From NCBI GenBank assembly GCA_965247095.1, contig OZ251997.1:960001-1024000 (forward strand): 64,000 nt of DNA, in the 5' to 3' direction. The position numbers and the translations under genes are program-made. The stretch is from Candidatus Multivorans sp. Lineage in GTDB: Bacteria; Acidobacteriota; Thermoanaerobaculia; Multivoradales; Multivoraceae. Each line of letters starts with the position of its first letter. Within the stretch, counting starts at the first letter, position 1. The notes under the pieces are model-generated. The model worked only from the letters and a program-made list of their open reading frames with translations, was not told the DNA's origin and ran no database searches. This document shows, one piece after another, positions 21,543 through 29,385 of this stretch.

Positions 21543-21926
21543 CTAGTTGATGTCGTCATTGCCCGGACTGTCTCCGTCACCGGAGTCCTTGCCGTCGCCG
21601 TCATCGGGCTCGAGGGTGCACAGCAGCGGCATTTCCGCCTGCTGGGCCAGACTGTCGACTTCGGCGACCTTGGTCTCGGCGATGGAGAAGGGGTAGAGCC
21701 CGGCCACGCCGACGCCGTTCTTGTGGACGTAGAGCATCAGGCGCGAGCCGTCCGATTCGGTCATGTGGAAGACGTGCTGCAGGACCATGACGACGAACTC
21801 GCGCGGCGTGAAGTCGTCGTTGTGGAGAAGTACCTTGTACAGCCGGGGCCGGGCCAGGCGGGTTCGGGTCTTCGTCCTCGTGAGGACCTTGTTGTCCCCG
21901 TGCGCATCGTCTTCGAAGTGCGGCAT
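21543..21926 (-). CDS. clpS: Clp protease adaptor ClpS
   Basis: YKVLLHNDDFTPREFVV, MLYVHKNG and AETKV. Confidence 0.95.
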   Translation of the reverse strand: MPHFEDDAHGDNKVLTRTKTRTRLARPRLYKVLLHNDDFTPREFVVMVLQHVFHMTESDGSRLMLYVHKNGVGVAGLYPFSIAETKVAEVDSLAQQAEMPLLCTLEPDDGDGKDSGDGDSPGNDDIN

Positions 21927-21971
21927 GACAGCCAGACTATAGGTTCCCGCACAGGGCCGCGCGCAGCGCGG

Positions 21972-23168
21972 TCAGCCGAGCTGGGGCCGGTTGCGACGCC
22001 AGGCCTCGATGCCCTGCAGGTGGCGGGCCGCGTCCTGCTCCAGGGCGGCGGCCAGCAGTGAGTTGAGCTTCTCGTCCATGAACAGGTGGGAACTGTAGAC
22101 CGGCGCGGGCTCGAAGCCCCGGCTGATCTTGTGCTCGCCGCCGGCGCCGCCTTCGAAGACCTGGACGCCGCGTTCGATGCACTCGTCGATCGAGTGGTAG
22201 AGGCAGACGTTGAAGTGCAGGAAACGGTGCTCCTCGTGACAACCCCAGTAACGGCCGTAGAGGTGGGTTTCGGAGCGTAGATTGATCGCGCCGGCGATGA
22301 CACGGTCTGCCCGTTCGGCGATGACCAGCTCGATTTCGCCGTCCAGTCGAGCGAAGAGATCGTGGAACAACGCGCGGTTCAGGTAGCGGCCGCCCCACAT
22401 GTACCTGTCACAGGTCGTACCGTAGAGGTCGAAGGCGGTATCCGCCCAGCGCGCCGGATCGGCGGCGATCTCCTCGCCCCTCACGGTGCGGATGTCGATC
22501 CCCTGGCGGGCTGGTTCGCGTCGCTCACGGCGACATTGCGTGCGGCGCTTCGAACGAAGCCTGACCAGCCAGTCCTCTGACGTCCGGTAGTCGTAGTTGC
22601 GCCAGTGATACTGGACCATGACGCGCTGGGCAAGTCCGGCGCCGGCGAGAGCGTCGACCTCCGTCGCGCTGTGGTAGAGGACGTGAACGGAGGCGATCCC
22701 GACCTCGCGGGCGGTGTGGGCGGCAAGCTGGACCAACATTCGCGCGGCGAGCGCCGGATCGATGCTGTTCGAAGCCAGGATACGGCGCCCGGTAACAGGA
22801 GAGAATGGCACGCCGACCACGAGCTTCGGGTAGAAGCGGCCGCCGGCGGCGCGGACCGCGTCACCGAAAGCCCAGTCGCGGGAGAAGTCGCCCATGCCGT
22901 CATTCTTGATGTAGGCGGGAGCGGCAGCGAGAAGGGTGTCCTCCGAGGTCCAGGCGGTCAGGTGAAACGGAAGCCAACCCCGCTCGCCGGCCGCACAGCC
23001 CGTGCGCTCAAGCGCCTCCAGAAAGGTCCAGGACAGGAAGGGCCGGTCGCCCGCCTTGAGCAGGCCGTCCCAGCTCGGTTGGGGGATGTCCGCCATCGAC
23101 TGGACGATGCGCAACTCAATGGTCCGATCGGCGCCTTCCGGGCGCTGAGTGGCCGTTGAGTCGTCCAT
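21972..23168 (-). CDS. DUF482 / FemAB-like double-GNAT protein
   Basis: PF..W.FL.ALE..GC, YPKLVVGVPFSPVTG, QYHW.N, LYGRYWG, LHFNVCLY and GAGGEHK..RGF. Confidence 0.88.
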   Translation of the reverse strand: MDDSTATQRPEGADRTIELRIVQSMADIPQPSWDGLLKAGDRPFLSWTFLEALERTGCAAGERGWLPFHLTAWTSEDTLLAAAPAYIKNDGMGDFSRDWAFGDAVRAAGGRFYPKLVVGVPFSPVTGRRILASNSIDPALAARMLVQLAAHTAREVGIASVHVLYHSATEVDALAGAGLAQRVMVQYHWRNYDYRTSEDWLVRLRSKRRTQCRRERREPARQGIDIRTVRGEEIAADPARWADTAFDLYGTTCDRYMWGGRYLNRALFHDLFARLDGEIELVIAERADRVIAGAINLRSETHLYGRYWGCHEEHRFLHFNVCLYHSIDECIERGVQVFEGGAGGEHKISRGFEPAPVYSSHLFMDEKLNSLLAAALEQDAARHLQGIEAWRRNRPQLG

Positions 23169-23227
23169 CAACCGTCAGTTTGGCATGTCCGGCGGTCCCC
23201 TCGGCCGTTCCCGGCCCAAGCCGGCCG

Positions 23228-24350
23228 TCAGGAGTCCGGTGTCGCCTTGGCCGACGCGCCGGGTATCAACCGTTTCCGATACTCGGAAGGACTGTAGCCG
23301 ACGGTGGCGCGAAACACACGCCGGAAGCTCCGGTCGCATTGGAACCCCACCGCGCGTGCGACCCGCGCCACGGGAACGTCGGACTCCCGGAGCATCAGGC
23401 AGCCGCGCTCGACCCGGTGGCGGGCCAGCCAGGAGCGAAAAGTCATTCCCACACGCTGCCGGAAGTAGCGTCCGAAGCTCGAAGGCGCCAATGCGGCAAT
23501 GGCGGCGACTGAGTCGAGGGTCAGCGCCTCGCCGATGTGCTCGTCGACATGGCGGCGAACGCGTGCCAGGCGCTCGAAGTAGTGAAACGGGTCGTACGGA
23601 CCATCGGGCGACGCCGAAGAGTCCCCATAGGTCGTGCTCGGGCTCACTCCAGAACCGATCGGGCGGAGGTCGACGTAAGCGGCGCCGTAGCACTCCATCG
23701 ACACTCTCGGAACGACCTTCACGCAGCGGTTCCAGCCGGGCGCCCACTCCGCGAACGTCTGGTACTCGCTGTTCTCCCCGCTGGGGTCGACGTGAGCCGG
23801 CAGATCGGTGAGAAAGGCCTCGTCGAACTTGCGGCCCACCAGGCGCGCTGGGAGTTGCGCCTTTTCAACGGCGTACACCCAAGCTGAGAGGCCGGCAGCG
23901 AACATCGCCTTCACGTGCCTCCTCGGATCCCGTCCCGCGAGTGGAAAGGCCGCCTTCAGGCCGGTACCGGCTAGCAGAACGGACGGGCGGTCTTCGAATC
24001 GCGGTACGAGGTCGCCAAAGGCAACCGCCTCTGCTCCGCGGCGGCGAAGGTCCCGGAAGGCGCTCTCCAGATCCGAGTCGCAGACGCTGAAGGACCGTCC
24101 GCGGGCAGCGCACTCGACCACCAGCAGGGGCAGGCCGGCTGCCGCTGCCTGTTCCTCCAGCAGTTCCTGCGTACCCCGTGGCCGGCGCCTCGTCCGTCGA
24201 AGCGGCTGACCGCCGCAATCAGCCCGACAACATCCCAGGAGGGTCGGATCGGAGCTCGTACAGAGCCCACGCCGCGTCCTTGTTTGCCGTCCACCACACC
24301 CACGTAGTGGTGCCCTGCCGGCGTCTCGTCATTGCCGGTGTCTCTCCCAT
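23228..24350 (-). pseudogene. Dph6/MJ0570-like PP-loop domain fused to AraC HTH, paralog A; two apparent 1-nt deletions (about 24241 and 24166)
   Basis: Three successive frames give WVWWTANKDAAWALYEL / WDVVGLIAAV..HGVRR / ELLEEQAAAAGLPL..FGDL..FPL..DPSGENSEYQTF, then AraC (SSFGRYFRQRVGMTF..GFQCDRSFRRVFRATVGYSPSEYR); colinear with paralog B. Confidence 0.8.
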
Positions 24351-24363
24351 TTCCTCGGGGCGC

Positions 24364-25584
24364 CTACCCAGCCATTGTGAACGGCTTGGACGGGCGCGCT
24401 ATTCCTTCCGGGTGTCGCGCCGCCGGTCCTGTTCGGGTCGATTGGGCGGGTGGTCCGACGTGAGCCTCAGTCGTCCAGGAGGCCCGTTTCCCGGCCGGCA
24501 CGGCAGTCGCGAGGTACCGCGTTCTGTACTGCGAAGGGCAGCAGCCCGATCGCGCACGGAAGACGCGTCGGAACGTTCTGCTGCACGAAAAACCAGCGGT
24601 CCGACCGACCGCGGCCACCGTCATGTCGCACCGGCGCAGGAGCAGGCGGGCGTGGGCTACACGATGGCTAACCAGCCACTGCCGAAACGACATCCCCACG
24701 TGCTGATGGAAGTAGCGCCTGAAGCTGGACGGGGTCATCGCCGCCGCCGAGGCAAGGGACTCGAGCCTCAGCTCGTCGGACAGGTGCGCGTCGACGTAGC
24801 GAATCACCCGACAGAGGCGGGCGTCGCACTCGAACGGATCGCGTTCTTCCCTGGCCAACGAATGGAAACGGTCTTCGCTGACCCGCACACCGGCTGGTGC
24901 GACCTCCAGGTCGGCAAGAGTCAGGGGACCGCGTTCGATCAGGCGGCTGGGCTTCACCGACACGCGGCGGTCCCATCCGGGCGCCCACTCCACGAAGGTG
25001 TGGAACTCGTCGCTGTCCCCGCTGGGCGCCACGTGGTCCGGCAGAGCGGCGAGAAAGCGGCTATCGAAGGTGGCGCCCGCCAGATCGGATCGGACTTCGG
25101 CCGTCGCCACCGCACAGACCCAGGCCGACAGGCCCGCCGACAGGAGCTCGTCGGCGTGTCTCCGCGAGTTGCGCCCCCAGAGGGGGAATGTGGGTCTCAG
25201 TCCGGTCCCTTCAAGGAGGAGAGACCGTCCTATTCGTTTACGTGGGCAGGACAGGTCGCCGAAGGCGACGAAGTCGGTTCCATCCCGTGCGAAGCGGCCG
25301 AGAACGTCCTGAACGGCGGACTCGTAGGCGCCGGATGGCGTCTCCCCTTCACATTCGATGGTGAGGAGGGGCAGGCCGACGGCCGTTGCCTGCTCTTCGA
25401 TGAGCTCTCTTCTGACGCCATGCACCACATGGCGGCCGCAGGACCGGCCCACGACCGTGATCAGTCCGCGGACCTCCCAGTGGGAACTCGACTGCAGCAG
25501 TTTCAGGGCCCAGGCAGCGTCCTTGTCGCCGGTCCACCAGAGCCAGGTCCGCCGGAAGCTCTCAAAAGAGGCACGCCTGACCAT
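24364..25584 (-). CDS. Dph6/MJ0570-like PP-loop domain fused to AraC HTH, paralog B (intact)
   Basis: WWTGDKDAAWAL, HGVRRELIEEQA..GLPL, VAFGDL, FPLWG and SGDSDEFHTFV, then AraC double HTH; AGGAGG SD 6 nt upstream of ATG. Confidence 0.88.
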   Translation of the reverse strand: MVRRASFESFRRTWLWWTGDKDAAWALKLLQSSSHWEVRGLITVVGRSCGRHVVHGVRRELIEEQATAVGLPLLTIECEGETPSGAYESAVQDVLGRFARDGTDFVAFGDLSCPRKRIGRSLLLEGTGLRPTFPLWGRNSRRHADELLSAGLSAWVCAVATAEVRSDLAGATFDSRFLAALPDHVAPSGDSDEFHTFVEWAPGWDRRVSVKPSRLIERGPLTLADLEVAPAGVRVSEDRFHSLAREERDPFECDARLCRVIRYVDAHLSDELRLESLASAAAMTPSSFRRYFHQHVGMSFRQWLVSHRVAHARLLLRRCDMTVAAVGRTAGFSCSRTFRRVFRARSGCCPSQYRTRYLATAVPAGKRASWTTEAHVGPPAQSTRTGPAARHPEGIARPSKPFTMAG

Positions 25585-25627
25585 AACGATCCTCCTGCGC
25601 TCAACGAGCCGGAGTTAGGGGCGTTTC

Positions 25628-25648
25628 GCTACCCGCTTGGCGGGTGGC
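25628..25648. promoter_or_regulatory. Inverted repeat upstream of the PP-loop/AraC genes
   Basis: ACCCGC-TTG-GCGGGT core hairpin. Confidence 0.35.
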
Positions 25649-25765
25649 TTCTGTACGGTACTAGACCGAAGTTCTGGGGGCCTGAGTGTCGCGGATCGTT
25701 GCCGCGCCTAGGGTTTTGCGGTTTCCGAGCCGCAAAGTGTACCCATGTATGATGGTCGAATGCGG

Positions 25766-25794
25766 TAGACATGGAGACATGATGAAGCTACAAT
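25766..25794 (+). promoter_or_regulatory. Sigma70-type promoter of the transposase, probably leaderless
   Basis: TAGACA-17 nt-TACAAT, with ATG 7 nt after the -10 hexamer. Confidence 0.6.
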
Positions 25795-25801
25795 AGAAGC
25801 C

Positions 25802-27538
25802 ATGTACATCGAACGCGTACCCAACCGCAACTCGCCACCCGCCGTGCTCCTGCGCGAGTCCTACCGAGACCACGGAAGAGTCTGCAAACGGACACTCGCC
25901 AACCTCTCCAAGTGGCCCGATCATCTCGTTGAGGGCCTGCGCACTCTCCTCAAGGGCGGCGTCGCACTGCCCTCCCTCGACTCCGCCTTCGAAATCCTGC
26001 GCTCCAGGCCCCACGGTCATGTCGCCGCCACGCTCGGCGCCGCGCGACGACGCGGCCTCGAGACACTCCTCGACCGCCGACCCTCGCGCGAACGGGCGCT
26101 CGCGCTCGCCATGATCATCGCCCGCATCCTCGAACCTCGCTCCAAGCTCGCCACCGCACGCGGACTCTCAAGCGAGACCTCGTCCCACACCCTCGGCGAG
26201 GAACTCGGAGTCGAGGAGGCGGGCGCCGACGAGCTCTACTCCGCCATGGATTGGCTGCTCAAACGGCAGCAACGCATCGAGCGACGGCTGGCCGAACAGC
26301 ACCTCAAAGACGGTTGCCTCGTCTTGTGCGACGTGACCTCGGTCTACTTCGAGGGCGCGAAATGCGCCCTCGCCCGGCGCGGGTACTCCAAGGACGGCAA
26401 GCCGGGCAAGCCCCAGATCGTCTTCGCGCTGCTCTGCAACCGGGACGGATGCCCGGTCGCGGTCGAGGTCTTCGAAGGCAACACCGCCGATCCCGGCACG
26501 CTGAGTTCCCAAGTGCAGAAGCTCAACGAGCGCTTCTCGCTCGACCGCGTGGTCATGGTCGGCGATCGGGGCCTGCTCACCAGCGCCCGCATCCGCGAAG
26601 ACCTCGAACCCGGCGGCCTGTCGTGGATCACTGCCCTGCGCGCGCCCGCGATCCGCACCCTGGTGCAGCAGGGCCACCTGCAACTGTCGATCTTCGACGA
26701 ACGGGACATGGCCGAACTGAGCGCCCCCGAGCTGTACCCCGCAGAGCGGCTGATCGTGTGCCGGAACCCGCTCCTGGCAACCAGGCGGCGCCGCAAGCGC
26801 CAGGAGCTTCTCGACGCCACCGAGCGCAAGCTGGAGGCCGTCGCCGAAGCGACAAGGCGCCCACAGCGCCCCCTGCGGGGCAAGGACAAGATCGCCGCCC
26901 GCGCCGACCGCGCCCTGCGCGCCCACAAGGTCGGCAAGCACTTCGACACCGAGATCGACGAAGACGGCTTCCGCTACTGCCGCAATCAGACGCGGATCGC
27001 CGAAGAGGCCGCCCTCGACGGCTTCTACGTCATCCGCACCAACGTGGCCGAGGCCGACCTCCCGGCGCCGGAGGCGGTCCGGGCCTACAAGAGCCTCAGC
27101 CGCGTCGAGCGCGCCTTCCGCAGCTACAAGAGCGTCGACCTCAAGGTGCGGCCCGTCCACCATCGCCTGGCCGACAGAGTGCGAGCCCACGTCTTTCTGT
27201 GCATGCTCGCCTACTACGTCGAGTGGCACATGCGACGCCTTCTCGCTCCCTTGCTCTTCGACGACGACGACCCCAGGGACCAACGCTCCTCGCCCGTCCA
27301 GCCGGCTCGCCGGTCCCCCGCAGCCCGCGCCAAGGCGAGCGCCAAGCGCACACCGCAAGGACTACCCGTCCACAGCTTCCAGACCCTGCTCGCCGACCTG
27401 GCCACCCTGACCCGAAATCGCGTCCGAATGCAGGGCCACGAGAACGCCACCGCGGATGTCCTGGCCAGACCGACACCCCTCCAGGCCGAGGCCTTCAGCC
27501 TCCTCAACCTACCGACCATGACCAACCGTACCCAGTAG
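25802..27538 (+). CDS. IS1634-family DDE transposase
   Basis: LLRESYR..G.V..RTLANLS, LCDVTSVYFEG, GYSKDGK, VGDRG, DGFYVIRTN and Y..L..VERAFR..K..LKVRPVHH. Confidence 0.93.
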   Translation: MYIERVPNRNSPPAVLLRESYRDHGRVCKRTLANLSKWPDHLVEGLRTLLKGGVALPSLDSAFEILRSRPHGHVAATLGAARRRGLETLLDRRPSRERALALAMIIARILEPRSKLATARGLSSETSSHTLGEELGVEEAGADELYSAMDWLLKRQQRIERRLAEQHLKDGCLVLCDVTSVYFEGAKCALARRGYSKDGKPGKPQIVFALLCNRDGCPVAVEVFEGNTADPGTLSSQVQKLNERFSLDRVVMVGDRGLLTSARIREDLEPGGLSWITALRAPAIRTLVQQGHLQLSIFDERDMAELSAPELYPAERLIVCRNPLLATRRRRKRQELLDATERKLEAVAEATRRPQRPLRGKDKIAARADRALRAHKVGKHFDTEIDEDGFRYCRNQTRIAEEAALDGFYVIRTNVAEADLPAPEAVRAYKSLSRVERAFRSYKSVDLKVRPVHHRLADRVRAHVFLCMLAYYVEWHMRRLLAPLLFDDDDPRDQRSSPVQPARRSPAARAKASAKRTPQGLPVHSFQTLLADLATLTRNRVRMQGHENATADVLARPTPLQAEAFSLLNLPTMTNRTQ

Positions 27539-27649
27539 ACAACACACCCTTATCCAAAAAAACACCGTCATTGCAGGAGTTTCACGACTTGGGCACCAGA
27601 ACTTCGGACTAGAGCCAAGGAACGGCGTAAGCGCAAGGCTCACGCGTGG

Positions 27650-27700
27650 TTTCGTCCGGTCTCCGTTTTCGCCTGTCCGTTTTCGGCTTTCCGTTGTCCG
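27650..27700. repeat. 7/14-bp periodic direct-repeat array in the intergenic region
   Basis: TCCGTTTTCG at 27662 and 27676, TCCGTTGTCC at 27690; seven heptamers each ending in TC from 27650. Confidence 0.7.
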
Positions 27701-27718
27701 ATGCGAGCGGAAGCTTCG

Positions 27719-29362
27719 TCAGTAGCCCAGCGCCGCTCCGTCCTTGCGGGGATCCGAGGCGCCGACCAGGGTGCCGTGGCGGTCGATGCGAATCGCCTGA
27801 GCGCCTCCGAACTCGGCTCCGCCGGCGATCCGCACGTGGTGGCCGAGGTCCTCGAGACCGGCGACGGTCTGCGCCTCCATGCCGCGTTCGCACAACAGGT
27901 CAAGGCCTGTGGTGTGGCGCCAGCGCGGACGGTCGATCGCCGCCTGCAGCGAGAGCCCGTGGTCGTAGTGGTTGGTCAGGAGTTGGACATGCCCCTGGGG
28001 TTGGAAGGGGCCGCCCATCACGCCGTAGCAGAGCTCCAGCCTGCCCGAGTTCAGGACCATGCCGGGGATGATCGTGTGGAAGGGACGCTTGCCGGGTTGG
28101 TACTCGTTGGGGTGTCCGGGCGCCAGGGTAAAGCCGGCGCCGCGGTTGTGGAGCAGGATGCCGGTGTCTCCGCCCACGATCGCGGCGCCGAAGGGCGCGA
28201 ACAGGGAGTTGATGAAGGAGGCGGCGTTGCCGTCGCCGTCGACGACCGCGAGGTAGACCGTGTCCGAGCCGGCACGACCTCCGCCGGTGGGGATTTCGCC
28301 CGCGCCGACGAGCGATGCCGCGCGGCGAGGATCGATCTGACGACTCCGTTCCCGGGCGTAGCCCTTGTCCAACAGCTCGCTCAGCGGTACGCCGCCGCCG
28401 GTGCGGAGGGGATGGCCGTCCGGGTCGCCGACGTGAGCGTGGAGGTCGGCGTAAGCGAGCTTCTTCGCTTCGACCAGCAGGTGGGTGTGCTCGACGCCTC
28501 CCAGGTCCATGGCGGCCAGATCGAAGTTCTCAAGCAGATTGAGCATGAGCAGGACGCCCAACCCCTGACCGTTCGGCGGCAACTGGGCGACCTCGCGGCC
28601 GCGGTAGCGGGTGCCGATCGGATGGACCCAGGTCGACGTGTGGCGCTTGAAGTCATCGAGCTGGAGGAAGCCGCCGGTGCTTTGGGAGTAGCGCACGATC
28701 TCCTCGGCGATCGGTCCGCGGTAGAAGGCGTCTCGCCCGTTCCGTGCGATGCGACGGAGCGAGCGCGCGAGGGCGGGGGACCGGAAGGCGGCGCCGAGTT
28801 CCGGCGCGTCGCCGTCCGGGAGATAGTGCGTCGCCGCCGCCTGGTCGCGGCGCAACCTGTCCGCGCAGGCGCGCCACATGCCCTGCACGCGCTCACTGAC
28901 GGGGAAGCCCTGCTCGGCGGTCTCGGTCGCCGGGCCGATCAGATCGGCAAAGTGCAGGCGACCGAACCGCTCGTGCGCGGTCTGCCAGAGATCGACCGCG
29001 CCGGGGACGGTGACCGCCGGCCACGAGTCGGGTTCGATCGCGTCGCCGGCGAGCGCCTCTCGCGCCAGCCCCGCGGGTGAGCGTCCGCTGCCGTTGAGGC
29101 CCAGGAGTTCGCCCGGCCCGCCTTCCGGGTCGGCCCGGTAGTAGAGCAGGAACGCGTCGCCGCCGATGCCGGTCATCATCGGTTCGACCACCGCCAGCAT
29201 CGCGGCCGCCGCGACCGCTCCGTCGATCGCCGAGCCGCCGGCCCGCAGCATGTCGAGGCCAGCCAGGGTGGCCTGCGGATGGGATGTCGCCACCATGCCC
29301 CGGCACGCCATGACCAGGCTCCGGCCAGGCCGGTGGGGGCTGGCGAGCCTCGGAACCGTCAC
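27719..29362 (-). CDS. ggt: Gamma-glutamyltransferase
   Basis: GGSAIDGAVA..VVEPMMTGIGGD, VTVPG, LPPNGQG, autocatalytic Thr in SDTVYLAVVD, PGKRPFHTIIP and GASDPRKDG. Confidence 0.93.
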   Translation of the reverse strand: MTVPRLASPHRPGRSLVMACRGMVATSHPQATLAGLDMLRAGGSAIDGAVAAAAMLAVVEPMMTGIGGDAFLLYYRADPEGGPGELLGLNGSGRSPAGLAREALAGDAIEPDSWPAVTVPGAVDLWQTAHERFGRLHFADLIGPATETAEQGFPVSERVQGMWRACADRLRRDQAAATHYLPDGDAPELGAAFRSPALARSLRRIARNGRDAFYRGPIAEEIVRYSQSTGGFLQLDDFKRHTSTWVHPIGTRYRGREVAQLPPNGQGLGVLLMLNLLENFDLAAMDLGGVEHTHLLVEAKKLAYADLHAHVGDPDGHPLRTGGGVPLSELLDKGYARERSRQIDPRRAASLVGAGEIPTGGGRAGSDTVYLAVVDGDGNAASFINSLFAPFGAAIVGGDTGILLHNRGAGFTLAPGHPNEYQPGKRPFHTIIPGMVLNSGRLELCYGVMGGPFQPQGHVQLLTNHYDHGLSLQAAIDRPRWRHTTGLDLLCERGMEAQTVAGLEDLGHHVRIAGGAEFGGAQAIRIDRHGTLVGASDPRKDGAALGY

Positions 29363-29385
29363 TGATCAGTAACACCCACCGTAGG

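Larger units (their letters stand above)
25661..27612 (+). mobile_element. Complete IS1634-family insertion sequence
   Basis: Imperfect terminal inverted repeats CTAGACCGAAGTTCTGG (25661) and CCAGAACTTCGGACTAG (ending 27612) around a single DDE transposase. Confidence 0.9.
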
